64,000 nt of DNA from an uncultured Bacteroidia bacterium (GTDB taxonomy: Bacteria > Bacteroidota > Bacteroidia > Bacteroidales > F082). This document shows positions 26,928 through 35,705 of this stretch, in pieces; position 1 is the first letter of the stretch; every line of letters starts with the position of its first letter. Both the position numbers and the translations under genes were made by a program. Under the pieces are notes generated by a model. That model made no database searches and had not been told where the DNA came from. It saw only the letters and a program-made list of their open reading frames with translations. Location: NCBI GenBank assembly GCA_902780055.1, contig CACZDU010000001.1:47138-111137 (forward strand), written 5' to 3'.

Positions 26928-26949
26928 CGAAGTCAAAAACGAAAATGTC

Positions 26950-28422
26950 ATGAAGACGCATTTAAAATCACTCATCCTAATCACGGCAGCCTTCGCGCTG
27001 ACCGCTTGCGACAGCCCGACGAAGCGCATGGAACAAGCGCAAGCTCTCTATAAAGAAGGTGTCGAACTGCGCGAGCAACGTCGCTCCGAAGAGGCCGCCG
27101 AGAAGTTCCTGCAAGGGCTGGCACTGGTGCATCGTTCCAACAAGACCACCGAAACCGTCCAATTGGAAGGCCAACTTTGCGACAACCTCGGCGCCATGTA
27201 CCTGAAACACGGGCTTTTCGAGGATGCCTTCAAGCAACACCAACAGGCGCTGAAATGTTTTAAGCAGACCGCCGACTCCACGGGCATGATGAACGCCTAT
27301 CGCAATAGCGGTCGGGCGGTGAGGGCGCAGGAGCAATACACCCAAGCCAAGCAATACTACGACTCGGCCTTCCGCGTCGCCACCTTTATCAACGACAAAG
27401 CCATGCTCGGCGACCTTTATCTCGAAATGGGTCGCGACTACTACATGGAGACGGGCAACTTCGCCAAAGGCATCGAGAGCGTCAACCAAGCCTTGGAAAT
27501 CGGCCTCGGCGACAACGACACCGACATTGCCAACATGACCTTGGGCATCCTCTATTATTACACACGCGAAAACGAAAAGGCGAAGTCCTATTTGAACCAA
27601 GCACTCCGCAGCGAGCGTGCCGGACTGAAAATGTCTGTCTATCAAACGCTTTATGCCATTGCCTACAGCGAAGGCAACTACCAACAGGCGGTGAAATACC
27701 ACGAGCAGTTTGCCGCGAACATGATGCAAGCCGACGCTGAACACGCCAACGAGAACATCCAAAGAATCAAGTCGGAATACGAGTTGAAGGCGCAGCAGAG
27801 CGAATTGGAAAGCCTACACCGCACCCGCGACCTGAAACTCTATCTCATCATCGCCTTGGCGGTGATTGCCTTGCTCGTCATCCTCCTGATTGTAAGGAAG
27901 AAAATCAGCGACCACAAGTTGGAGATGGAGCACTTCGGGCGGCAGGTGGAGCGCGACCAAAACCGCATCCACGAGCTGGTGAGCGACATGGAGAACCTTA
28001 TTCGCACCAACGACGAACTGCGCCGCCATCAGCAGACACTTCCACCAAAGGATTTGATGTCGATCCAGAAAATCCTGACGCGAAACAAGATTATGGTCAC
28101 CGCGCAAGCCCTCACGGAAGAAGTGAACAACGACTCGCTCAACTTCGAACTGACCGACAACGACTGGAACGACTTCATCAGCCTCACCGACTTGGTCTTC
28201 GATGGCTTCTCGCAGCGGCTGTTGCAACTCTACCCCAAACTCAGCAAGTGGGATGTGCGCATCTGCTGCCTCTCCAAGAACGGCTTCTCCAACCAAGTGA
28301 TTTCCATCCTGTTGGACACGCAGACCGACTCCTACTACAAACGCAAAACCCGCATAAAACAGATGAAGATGGACCTTGGGGATGATAACCGCACCTTTGA
28401 GGAAATCGTGAATGCTGTATGA
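26950..28422 (+). CDS. TPR-repeat lipoprotein/membrane protein with coiled coil and C-terminal LuxR-like HTH region
   Basis: The start was moved to the in-frame ATG giving MKTHLKSLILITAAFALTAC (lipobox). TPR-like repeats are followed by one TM (LYLIIALAVIALLVILLIV), a coiled coil, and a C-terminal ..KWDVRICCLSKNGFSNQVISILLD.. HTH-like segment. Confidence 0.6.
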   Translation: MKTHLKSLILITAAFALTACDSPTKRMEQAQALYKEGVELREQRRSEEAAEKFLQGLALVHRSNKTTETVQLEGQLCDNLGAMYLKHGLFEDAFKQHQQALKCFKQTADSTGMMNAYRNSGRAVRAQEQYTQAKQYYDSAFRVATFINDKAMLGDLYLEMGRDYYMETGNFAKGIESVNQALEIGLGDNDTDIANMTLGILYYYTRENEKAKSYLNQALRSERAGLKMSVYQTLYAIAYSEGNYQQAVKYHEQFAANMMQADAEHANENIQRIKSEYELKAQQSELESLHRTRDLKLYLIIALAVIALLVILLIVRKKISDHKLEMEHFGRQVERDQNRIHELVSDMENLIRTNDELRRHQQTLPPKDLMSIQKILTRNKIMVTAQALTEEVNNDSLNFELTDNDWNDFISLTDLVFDGFSQRLLQLYPKLSKWDVRICCLSKNGFSNQVISILLDTQTDSYYKRKTRIKQMKMDLGDDNRTFEEIVNAV

Positions 28423-28424
28423 GA

Positions 28425-28497
28425 AACTACGGATTACACGGATTTGACGGAAATATTCATCAAAATGGAATTTGTATAATCCGTAAAATCCGTAGTT
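28425..28497. repeat. Long inverted repeat built from ACGGATT words (hairpin; possible terminator)
   Basis: Left arm AACTACGGATTACACGGATT (28425..28444) and right arm AATCCGTAAAATCCGTAGTT (28478..28497) are 18/20 complementary, with a 33-nt loop. Confidence 0.75.
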
Positions 28498-28539
28498 AAA
28501 AAACGAAATCAAATAATTAACAATCAAATACTTACAACT

Positions 28540-31500
28540 ATGAAAAACATTAGTATTATCGCAGTGATTGCCCTGATGATGATGGGCGGGATGACAATGA
28601 AAGCACAAGACTATCATCCTATCGTCGAGGACGGAAAACAATGGAATGTGCTGTTTTCCTATCCGTGGAGTCCGCCGGAGCCACAGCACAAGTACACCGA
28701 CATATACAAAATCGAGGGTGATACGCTGGTGGATGGCATGTCGTACAAAGTGATGTACACCACAAGAAATGAAAACCTTTCAGGTTGGAGCGTTTGTGGT
28801 GTTATCAGAGAAACCGAAGACAAACAAGTTCTCTATCGTAGAGACGGCTCTGCTTACGATGAGATTCTTTATGATTTCTCAATGGAAGTCGGAGATACCA
28901 TTATCATGAGCGGCAATGGGTTTTATCCCAACTGGATGTTTGTCATCGAAACCAATGAGATCCTCGTTAATGGCGAGCCGAGACAACAAATTGTGTTGGA
29001 ATATCCATGGGGTGAACAGGAAATATGGATTGAAGGTATTGGTAGCCTTTACGGGATAATCGATTCGGGTTCGCGGTTTTTGGATGGGGGTTCGACCGAC
29101 CTTCTTTGCTATTATGAAGACGGCGATTTGATTTGGCAGAATACCACTCCAGGGTATAATGAGTGTTATATCGTGAATACAGGGCAGCAGAACGATTTGG
29201 TGGTTACACCTACCGTGCTGACTTTTAACGAGCCTGCCGTGCCGCAAGTTTTCACGATTAGCAACCAAACCAACAATGCCGTCACCATTTCATCCATCAA
29301 TGTGCAACCTGACGACAATGTGGTGCTACTCTCCTTTGAAGGTCTGCCCCGCACTTTGCAGCCCAACGAAACCATGAATGTGACAGTGGAAGTGAACACT
29401 ATCGGATACAAAGGCTATAACAATTACAACGTCACCATAGCCACCTCGATTGGCTACAAGCATGTCATCGTCAAGGTCAACGAGGAAGCCTGGGACGAAG
29501 GGCTTCTGTATTTTCCTATGCAAGGGGTTACTTTCGATGAAAACACCCCTTTGACGCAATCCTTCTACCTGCACAACACCAATGCCCTGCAAAGCATCAC
29601 CATCTATGAGATTCGCGAATACGGCACCAACTATCTTGAAATGCTGCCTTCGCCCAGCCTGCCTTACGAAATCCCGGCGGGAGGCTTTCTTGAGGTTGCG
29701 GTCTCTTTGGTCAATTTCCCTGAAGAGCAAACCGTGACACACCTCTATTGTCGCAGTTCCGAAGGCGAAGGAAGCGGTTATTTCTTCTTTATTGCTGGAG
29801 GCCTTTCAAACGGCGGCAATGTGGTGCATAGCCTTTGGAAGCCCCTTAATCTCCCTGGAATACTTTTAGGTGCAAACGCACAAGGAGACCTGTTCTGTAG
29901 AAATACAGAGGTCTATCCTTCCACATTGGTTCGTTCACAAGACGATGGCGAGACATGGGAAACTGTGTTCGACGGCAGTGTTGGAAATCTCGCCGTCAGC
30001 AACGAAGGAAGGATTTTTGTTTTCAATTATAATACGATGACGGTCATGTATTCTGATGACAACGGCGACACATGGCAACAAACCAACCAAATATCCTCGT
30101 GTGGTTTGATAAGTGTAGCAGGTCTGTATGCTGCAACCAATGACATCGTTGTGGGGTGGACACAAAACAGGGAAATCTTTTGGACGCTTGATGGTGGTGA
30201 GACTTGGGGCTTTTCAGGCCTTGAATTCATGGAAGAACACCAAGAAATCAGCGACCTTCTCGTCAGCGAAAACGGCGATGTGTATGTCAGTGTTTGGTAC
30301 TACATCGGGCCTAACATCGGCGTGTATCATTCCACCCTCTCCGATATGCAGAACTGGGAAATTGCTGCCTTTGAGAATGTTGGCGTGAAAGACATGGCGT
30401 TTGACCCCGAGGGCAACATAGTTTGCGGCGTTAATTTCGGAGGCGATTTTTCGGGTTTCGAGCATGTGCCAGGGTTCTATGCCTTATGGGCAAATCGTGT
30501 GGCCATTGCCGACAACGGCATTGTTTACAAGACCGCAATGAGCATGTATAACAACGCGGTTTTGGCCTATTCCTTGGACCACGGCGAGCATTTCTACAAC
30601 ACCATAGAGAACCTTCCCGTTGAGGAGCCTATTCCCGGCGGCGAAGACGGTTTTCTCTCCAAAGGCTATGACAATCATCTGTATTTCTATGGCAACAGCC
30701 AATACTGGAAAAGCATCCCCAATGCCAACGACATTCCCAATGTGATTGCTTTCCCTTCGGAATGGTACTACGAAATCGAGAACGAGAACGGCAGCATCAC
30801 CTACCAATACATGTATCAGGCAGGCGACACCGTTGTCGGCGATGAGCCTTCGCATATCCTTGTGAAAATCAACACGCTTTACGACAAGGGATTGCGAGAG
30901 GATGTGACACGCGAGTATGTCTATATGCGCGACGGCAAGGTGTATTGGTGGAACAAGACCTTGGAAGAGTTTACCGTGCTGTACGACTTTGGTGCCCAGG
31001 AAGGCGACACTTGGGTCACCAAGGTCGGCACGGAAACCCTCATCATGCACGTCAATTCGGTGGAAACCGTTGAATACGAAGGCAAAACCTATAGGATGCT
31101 TCATGTGAGCGATGTGGACGACTACTTCAGCGGCGACATCGTGTGCGGCATCGGCCACCTGACGAGTTTCTTCCCCGAAAGGCTGATGGACAACGGCGAC
31201 GGTCTGCGCGTGGAAGGCCTGCGCTGCTATTGGATTGAGGACGAACTGGTGTTCAAACCCGGCGACGAGGACTGCGACGCGATTTATTCGGAGGTACACG
31301 GTGTGGAGGAGGACGGCCCTTCGACAGGCTCAGGAACCTTAACGGTTTATCCTAATCCTACCAACGGCGTTCTTACCGTTCATCATTCCGAATTGACTAC
31401 GTCGAATGCTTCGCATTTCCACATTCATCATTCCGAATTTCAAATTGCCAACCTCATGGGCCAAACCGTCCTTTCCGGCAATATTAATGTTGAAAACCAA

Positions 31501-31581
31501 CAGATTGATGTTTCATCGTTGCCTCAAGGGATGTATTTCATTACCGTAGGCGAAGCGACGCGGAAATTTGTGGTGGAATAG
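28540..31581 (+). CDS. T9SS-secreted BNR/Asp-box beta-propeller protein
   Basis: Signal peptide. Asp-box repeats SQDDGETWETV, SDDNGDTWQQ and TLDGGETWGF. Two related flanking domains (..YKIEGDTLVDGMSYKV.. and ..YQAGDTVVGDEPSHIL..). C-terminal LTVYPNPTNGVLTV...LPQGMYFITVGEATRKFVVE is a T9SS CTD. Confidence 0.8.
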   Translation: MKNISIIAVIALMMMGGMTMKAQDYHPIVEDGKQWNVLFSYPWSPPEPQHKYTDIYKIEGDTLVDGMSYKVMYTTRNENLSGWSVCGVIRETEDKQVLYRRDGSAYDEILYDFSMEVGDTIIMSGNGFYPNWMFVIETNEILVNGEPRQQIVLEYPWGEQEIWIEGIGSLYGIIDSGSRFLDGGSTDLLCYYEDGDLIWQNTTPGYNECYIVNTGQQNDLVVTPTVLTFNEPAVPQVFTISNQTNNAVTISSINVQPDDNVVLLSFEGLPRTLQPNETMNVTVEVNTIGYKGYNNYNVTIATSIGYKHVIVKVNEEAWDEGLLYFPMQGVTFDENTPLTQSFYLHNTNALQSITIYEIREYGTNYLEMLPSPSLPYEIPAGGFLEVAVSLVNFPEEQTVTHLYCRSSEGEGSGYFFFIAGGLSNGGNVVHSLWKPLNLPGILLGANAQGDLFCRNTEVYPSTLVRSQDDGETWETVFDGSVGNLAVSNEGRIFVFNYNTMTVMYSDDNGDTWQQTNQISSCGLISVAGLYAATNDIVVGWTQNREIFWTLDGGETWGFSGLEFMEEHQEISDLLVSENGDVYVSVWYYIGPNIGVYHSTLSDMQNWEIAAFENVGVKDMAFDPEGNIVCGVNFGGDFSGFEHVPGFYALWANRVAIADNGIVYKTAMSMYNNAVLAYSLDHGEHFYNTIENLPVEEPIPGGEDGFLSKGYDNHLYFYGNSQYWKSIPNANDIPNVIAFPSEWYYEIENENGSITYQYMYQAGDTVVGDEPSHILVKINTLYDKGLREDVTREYVYMRDGKVYWWNKTLEEFTVLYDFGAQEGDTWVTKVGTETLIMHVNSVETVEYEGKTYRMLHVSDVDDYFSGDIVCGIGHLTSFFPERLMDNGDGLRVEGLRCYWIEDELVFKPGDEDCDAIYSEVHGVEEDGPSTGSGTLTVYPNPTNGVLTVHHSELTTSNASHFHIHHSEFQIANLMGQTVLSGNINVENQQIDVSSLPQGMYFITVGEATRKFVVE

Positions 31582-31603
31582 CATGTGTATAAAAGTTTCT
31601 TCG

Positions 31604-31611
31604 TATATTTG
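31604..31611 (+). promoter_or_regulatory. -7 promoter box (TATATTTG) for the Rpn-like gene
   Basis: Lies 23 nt upstream of the ATG at 31634. Confidence 0.45.
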
Positions 31612-31633
31612 CGCGGAAAACAAAGCATGAACT

Positions 31634-32470
31634 ATGGTACCAGATAACAAGGAAAAATACATCAATCCCTATACCGACTTTGGTTTCAAGAAACTGTTTG
31701 GTACTGAGATGAACAAGGACTTGCTCATCAGTTTTCTCAACGCCCTGTTCAACGGAGAAGAGAAGGAGATAGAGGATGTACTGTACCTCAATGGCGAGAA
31801 TCTGGGCGATGGCTATGGCGACCGCCGTTCCATATTCGATGTCTATTGCACGACAAAGGACGGCAGCCGCTTCATTGTCGAGATGCAGAAGGCCGAGCAG
31901 ACCTATTTCAAGGACCGTAGCATTTACTATGCTACCACACCCATCCGCCAACAGGCGCCAAAAGGGAAGTGGGACTATCATTTAGAGAACGTCTATACTG
32001 TCGGCATCCTTAACTTCGAGTTCCCGAACAATGAATATCCTTCCAATAGTTTTCGCCACGAGATAAAACTGAAGGATGTGGAAGACAACCACGTGTTTTA
32101 CGACAAGTTGACGTTTGTCTATCTCGAAATGCCTAAGTTCAACAAGGTCGAGAACGAATTGGTGACAATGTTCGATAAATGGATGTTTGTGTTGCGTAAT
32201 CTTTCACGTCTGCTCGAGCGCCCCGTAGCCCTGCAAGACCGTGTTTTCAAAAAACTCTTTGAGCAAGCGGAAATCGCAAGGTATTCAGAGACAGAACGCA
32301 GACAGTACGAAGCGAGCCAGAAAGAGTATTGGGACTACACTAGCACACTTGAAACAGCGGAAAGGAAAGGGGTGCTAAGAATTGCCCGTAATATGAAATC
32401 TGATGGTGTGTCGGCAGAAACAATAGTAAAATATACAGGTCTCTCAACTGAAGAAATAGAGTCGTTATAG
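31634..32470 (+). CDS. Rpn-family recombination-promoting nuclease / PDDEXK_2 putative transposase
   Basis: 278 aa. YINPYTDFGFKKLFG N-terminus and DVYC..GSRFIVEMQ core (D..E-x-Q/K), typical of this family. Confidence 0.8.
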   Translation: MVPDNKEKYINPYTDFGFKKLFGTEMNKDLLISFLNALFNGEEKEIEDVLYLNGENLGDGYGDRRSIFDVYCTTKDGSRFIVEMQKAEQTYFKDRSIYYATTPIRQQAPKGKWDYHLENVYTVGILNFEFPNNEYPSNSFRHEIKLKDVEDNHVFYDKLTFVYLEMPKFNKVENELVTMFDKWMFVLRNLSRLLERPVALQDRVFKKLFEQAEIARYSETERRQYEASQKEYWDYTSTLETAERKGVLRIARNMKSDGVSAETIVKYTGLSTEEIESL

Positions 32471-32503
32471 TTTGGCATTGTCAATAATCCCCATAAATTT
32501 TCC

Positions 32504-32511
32504 TATTTTTG
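32504..32511 (+). promoter_or_regulatory. -7 promoter box (TATTTTTG) for trpS
   Basis: Lies 47 nt upstream of the trpS ATG. Confidence 0.4.
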
Positions 32512-32557
32512 CACCCTCAAACAACAATTCAACCCTTCAACAGTCAACAATTAAACA

Positions 32558-33553
32558 ATGAATAAGGACATCGTTTTGAGCGGCATCCGCCCCACTGGAA
32601 ACCTCCACCTCGGCAACTATTACGGTGCCGTGCGCAGCTTCGTGAAGATGCAGGAAGACTACAACTGCTATTTCTTCATCGCCGACTGGCACTCGCTGAC
32701 CACGCACCCCAAGCCCGAAAACATACAGAAATCGGCTCGCACCATCTTGGCCGAATACCTTGCCTGCGGCATCGACCCCGAAAAGGCCACCATCTACATC
32801 CAAAGTGATGTGCCTGAGACGATTGAGCTGTATCTCTATTTCAATATGAACGCCTACATCGGTGAGCTGGGCCGCGTGACCACCTTCAAGGAAAAGGCCC
32901 GCCAACAGCCTGATAATGTGAACGCCGGCTTGTTCACCTACCCGACCTTGATGGCCGCCGACATCCTCCAGCACCGCGCCAAATGGGTGCCCGTGGGCAA
33001 AGACCAAGAGCAGAACATGGAGATGGCCCGCAAGTGCGCCCGCCGTTTCAACAACATCTACGGCATCGAGTTCTTCCCTGAGCCGCAAAACTACTATTTC
33101 GGCGGCGACGCCATCAAAGTGCCCGGCCTCGACGGCAGCGGCAAGATGGGCAAAAGCGACGGCAACTGCATCTACCTCTTCGAGGACGAAAAGACGATGC
33201 GCAAGAAAGTGATGCGCGCCGTCACCGACAGCGGCCCCACCGAGCCGAACAGCCCTAAACCCGAAGTCATCCAAAACCTCTTCACGATGATGAACATCGT
33301 CAGCGAGCCGGAAACGGTGAAATACTTCGATGAGAAATGGAACGACTGCTCCATCCGCTACGGCGACATGAAGAAGCAGTTGGCCGAGGACTTGGAAAAG
33401 ACCGTCGCGCCCATCCGCGAGCGCATCATCGAGTTCTCGTCCGACACTGAACGCTTGGAACGCATCGCCCGCATGGGTGCCGAGAAGGCCCGCGAGAGCG
33501 CGGCGAAGACGCTGAATGAGGTTAGGAAGATTATTGGATTCAGACAGTACTAA
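32558..33553 (+). CDS. trpS: Tryptophan--tRNA ligase
   Basis: 331 aa. SGIRPTGNLHLGNYYG (HIGH-type) and GKMGKSDGN (KMSKS). Confidence 0.95.
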   Translation: MNKDIVLSGIRPTGNLHLGNYYGAVRSFVKMQEDYNCYFFIADWHSLTTHPKPENIQKSARTILAEYLACGIDPEKATIYIQSDVPETIELYLYFNMNAYIGELGRVTTFKEKARQQPDNVNAGLFTYPTLMAADILQHRAKWVPVGKDQEQNMEMARKCARRFNNIYGIEFFPEPQNYYFGGDAIKVPGLDGSGKMGKSDGNCIYLFEDEKTMRKKVMRAVTDSGPTEPNSPKPEVIQNLFTMMNIVSEPETVKYFDEKWNDCSIRYGDMKKQLAEDLEKTVAPIRERIIEFSSDTERLERIARMGAEKARESAAKTLNEVRKIIGFRQY

Positions 33554-33643
33554 TTAAGGTCGCTTTGCGTCATTGCGAGGAGGAACGACGAAGCAATCTA
33601 TGACAAAATATTGATTAGATTAGTATTATTGTCAAAATAAGCG

Positions 33644-33651
33644 TATTTTTG
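33644..33651 (+). promoter_or_regulatory. -7 promoter box (TATTTTTG) for the ATPase/nuclease cassette
   Basis: Lies 26 nt upstream of the ATG at 33677, so the cassette appears to have its own promoter. Confidence 0.45.
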
Positions 33652-33676
33652 CAACGATTATTTGATATTAAATGAA

Positions 33677-34963
33677 ATGAATAAAGTCAGTATCAAAATA
33701 AATGAATTAGGTCCTGTCAAAAACCAAGAGATTGAGTTGAAGCCAGTCATGTTGTTTACTGGAGAATCAAGTTTGGGCAAAAGTTATGTCAATTTCTTGG
33801 CGTATTATTTGTTTTATGTTTTTTCTTCGGAAAGGATGTTCGATTTTTTGTTGGAAAAGATAGGGAGTGAAGTCAACGATAAAAAGGAGTTTTCGTTTGA
33901 CTTGAAATCAGCAGACTTAATCGATTGGATGCAGAAAGATGTTAGAAAGTTTTTTGTCTATTTATACAATTTTGATGATTTCAGGTGTGATGTCAAGTTT
34001 GATTTCAAGAATGTTGAAGACAGTTTTGCCATTAAATATACTCGAGTTGATGCCAAAAACGACAAAGACAAAGAGTTTTTTTATGCATTTAACATCGAAA
34101 TAAATGGTGAAAGAATAAGGTCGAGTGCCTATTATCAGCAACGTTTTGAAAAAGCTATCTGTCGTACAATAAGTCAACAGTTGTGTCATAGTTTTTTGGG
34201 TATAAATATTCAACTCTCCTTTTTATTGCCTCCGGGAAGGGCTTCTTTATTGACGGGCGACTATACTGCGCAGCGAGGATCGAGTAATCTTGGACTATAC
34301 GATCTTTTTCTTCGTGATAACGATAGAATAAATAATTCTGTTTTATTCAATAGATTGGTAGGGGGCAAACAGAATGAATTTTTTGTTTCCCAGATTCATA
34401 ATCTAATCAAAGGGGACTTGCTGATGGAAAAAGACAACCTTTTCTTGGTTACCGAAGACCATCAAAGAATCCCATTGGGAGCTGCTGCTTCTTCCATCAA
34501 AGAATTGACTCCTCTATTGCAGTTGATTTTGGGAGGTTCCATATCCAATACTGCCATCTGTATTGAGGAGCCGGAGGCGCATCTGCATCCGGAAATGCAG
34601 ATTTCCATAGTCGATTTGCTTTCTGCTTGCATTAATGAGAATGCCTTTATGCAGATTACCACCCACAGTGACTATTTCTTACAGCGCGTAAACCAATTGC
34701 TGAAGTATGGCTGTATCAAGGGATTGAATCCAAATAGGTATCAGGAGATTTGTGATGAAACCGGGCATCGTCCTGAGCATTATCTTGACAGAGACAATGT
34801 GGGTGCTTATTTCTTCTCGTCTGAAAACGGGAAAACCAAAATAGAGTCGTTGACCATCGGGAAGAAAGGGATACCGATGACGACTTTTTTCAATGCTGTC
34901 GGAATGTTGTCCAAAGAAGACGAGGCTCTTGATGATGAACTTGAAAAACTGGGTCAGGAATAA
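33677..34963 (+). CDS. ABC/OLD-type ATPase (AAA_15/AAA_21-like), gene A of candidate two-gene defence cassette
   Basis: The ORF track begins at a TTG (33662); the first ATG is at 33677 (MNKVSIK..). Motifs: Walker A FTGESSLGKS, signature-like PLGAAASSIKELTPLL, Walker B/D-loop AICIEEPEAHLHPEMQ, H-loop ITTHSD. Strongly AT-rich relative to the flanks. Confidence 0.8.
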   Translation: MNKVSIKINELGPVKNQEIELKPVMLFTGESSLGKSYVNFLAYYLFYVFSSERMFDFLLEKIGSEVNDKKEFSFDLKSADLIDWMQKDVRKFFVYLYNFDDFRCDVKFDFKNVEDSFAIKYTRVDAKNDKDKEFFYAFNIEINGERIRSSAYYQQRFEKAICRTISQQLCHSFLGINIQLSFLLPPGRASLLTGDYTAQRGSSNLGLYDLFLRDNDRINNSVLFNRLVGGKQNEFFVSQIHNLIKGDLLMEKDNLFLVTEDHQRIPLGAAASSIKELTPLLQLILGGSISNTAICIEEPEAHLHPEMQISIVDLLSACINENAFMQITTHSDYFLQRVNQLLKYGCIKGLNPNRYQEICDETGHRPEHYLDRDNVGAYFFSSENGKTKIESLTIGKKGIPMTTFFNAVGMLSKEDEALDDELEKLGQE

Positions 34964-35661
34964 TGTTTAATGTACGAGACTTACAGCAGTTTTATAATCC
35001 TTCGTATTTTGGTATCAACGATAACCAGTATATATGGAAGGAGAGCGGTCAGACGGATCCAACTGCGTTAGCATCTGTTAAGTTTGTCTTTCAAGGAGGA
35101 ACAATAAGTTATGTGAAATCAAACTTGTTGAAAGAAATGAAAGATGCTTATAGGACGGATTCAACTAAATCGCTTAATCTTAGAAAGATTTGTGATGGGC
35201 TGTTGTTTCTTGATAGAGAAGAAGAGCATTATCTCATCATTCTTGAAGTTAAATCTGGATTTAAGGAGGTGAAAAATAAGGCAATCGGACAAATTCCCGC
35301 TTCATATATAAAAGCCCAATCCATATTAAATGACTTTTCGTCATTCAATATGAATGATTACAAAGCGTTTGGATTGATTATCAGTTATCCATATATTGTG
35401 AAGCCGCCAACTGATGCCGAAAACAATCCTTTGGTATGGGAGAACAAAGAGATAATGACAGAAGACATTTTCGCAAAGTATAACCGGTTATTGAGGAATC
35501 ATCAAAAAGCGGATTTTATTGGTAACGATTTTGGGTTTGATCAACTGACCCAGGTCAAACAAGACTTGTTGTTCGATAAGTTGAAAGTCAGACATTATCC
35601 TGTAAACAATCATTGTGTCAATGCAGAGATTGACTTGGATGTTGTTATCGGGACTTTGTAG
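34963..35661 (+). CDS. PD-(D/E)xK-like (restriction-endonuclease-fold) protein, gene B of candidate cassette
   Basis: 232 aa. Its ATG overlaps the stop of gene A (TAATG at 34961..34965). KICDGLLFLDREEEHYLIILEVKSGFKEVKNKAIGQI fits the D ... E-x-K core strands. No HNH or Toprim (E..DxD) motifs seen. Confidence 0.55.
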   Translation: MFNVRDLQQFYNPSYFGINDNQYIWKESGQTDPTALASVKFVFQGGTISYVKSNLLKEMKDAYRTDSTKSLNLRKICDGLLFLDREEEHYLIILEVKSGFKEVKNKAIGQIPASYIKAQSILNDFSSFNMNDYKAFGLIISYPYIVKPPTDAENNPLVWENKEIMTEDIFAKYNRLLRNHQKADFIGNDFGFDQLTQVKQDLLFDKLKVRHYPVNNHCVNAEIDLDVVIGTL

Positions 35662-35705
35662 AACAGTTACAGTTTTTTGTGCATTTCTATAATTATGCAG
35701 ACACT

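Noticed and set aside
33571-33598. CATTGC-N16-GCAATC weak hairpin just after trpS, considered as a terminator or as an att/insertion scar of the AT-rich cassette.
   Set aside because: The stem is only 5 to 6 bp with a long loop and no T-run. No matching direct repeat was found at the other cassette boundary (35662..35705). The evidence is insufficient.
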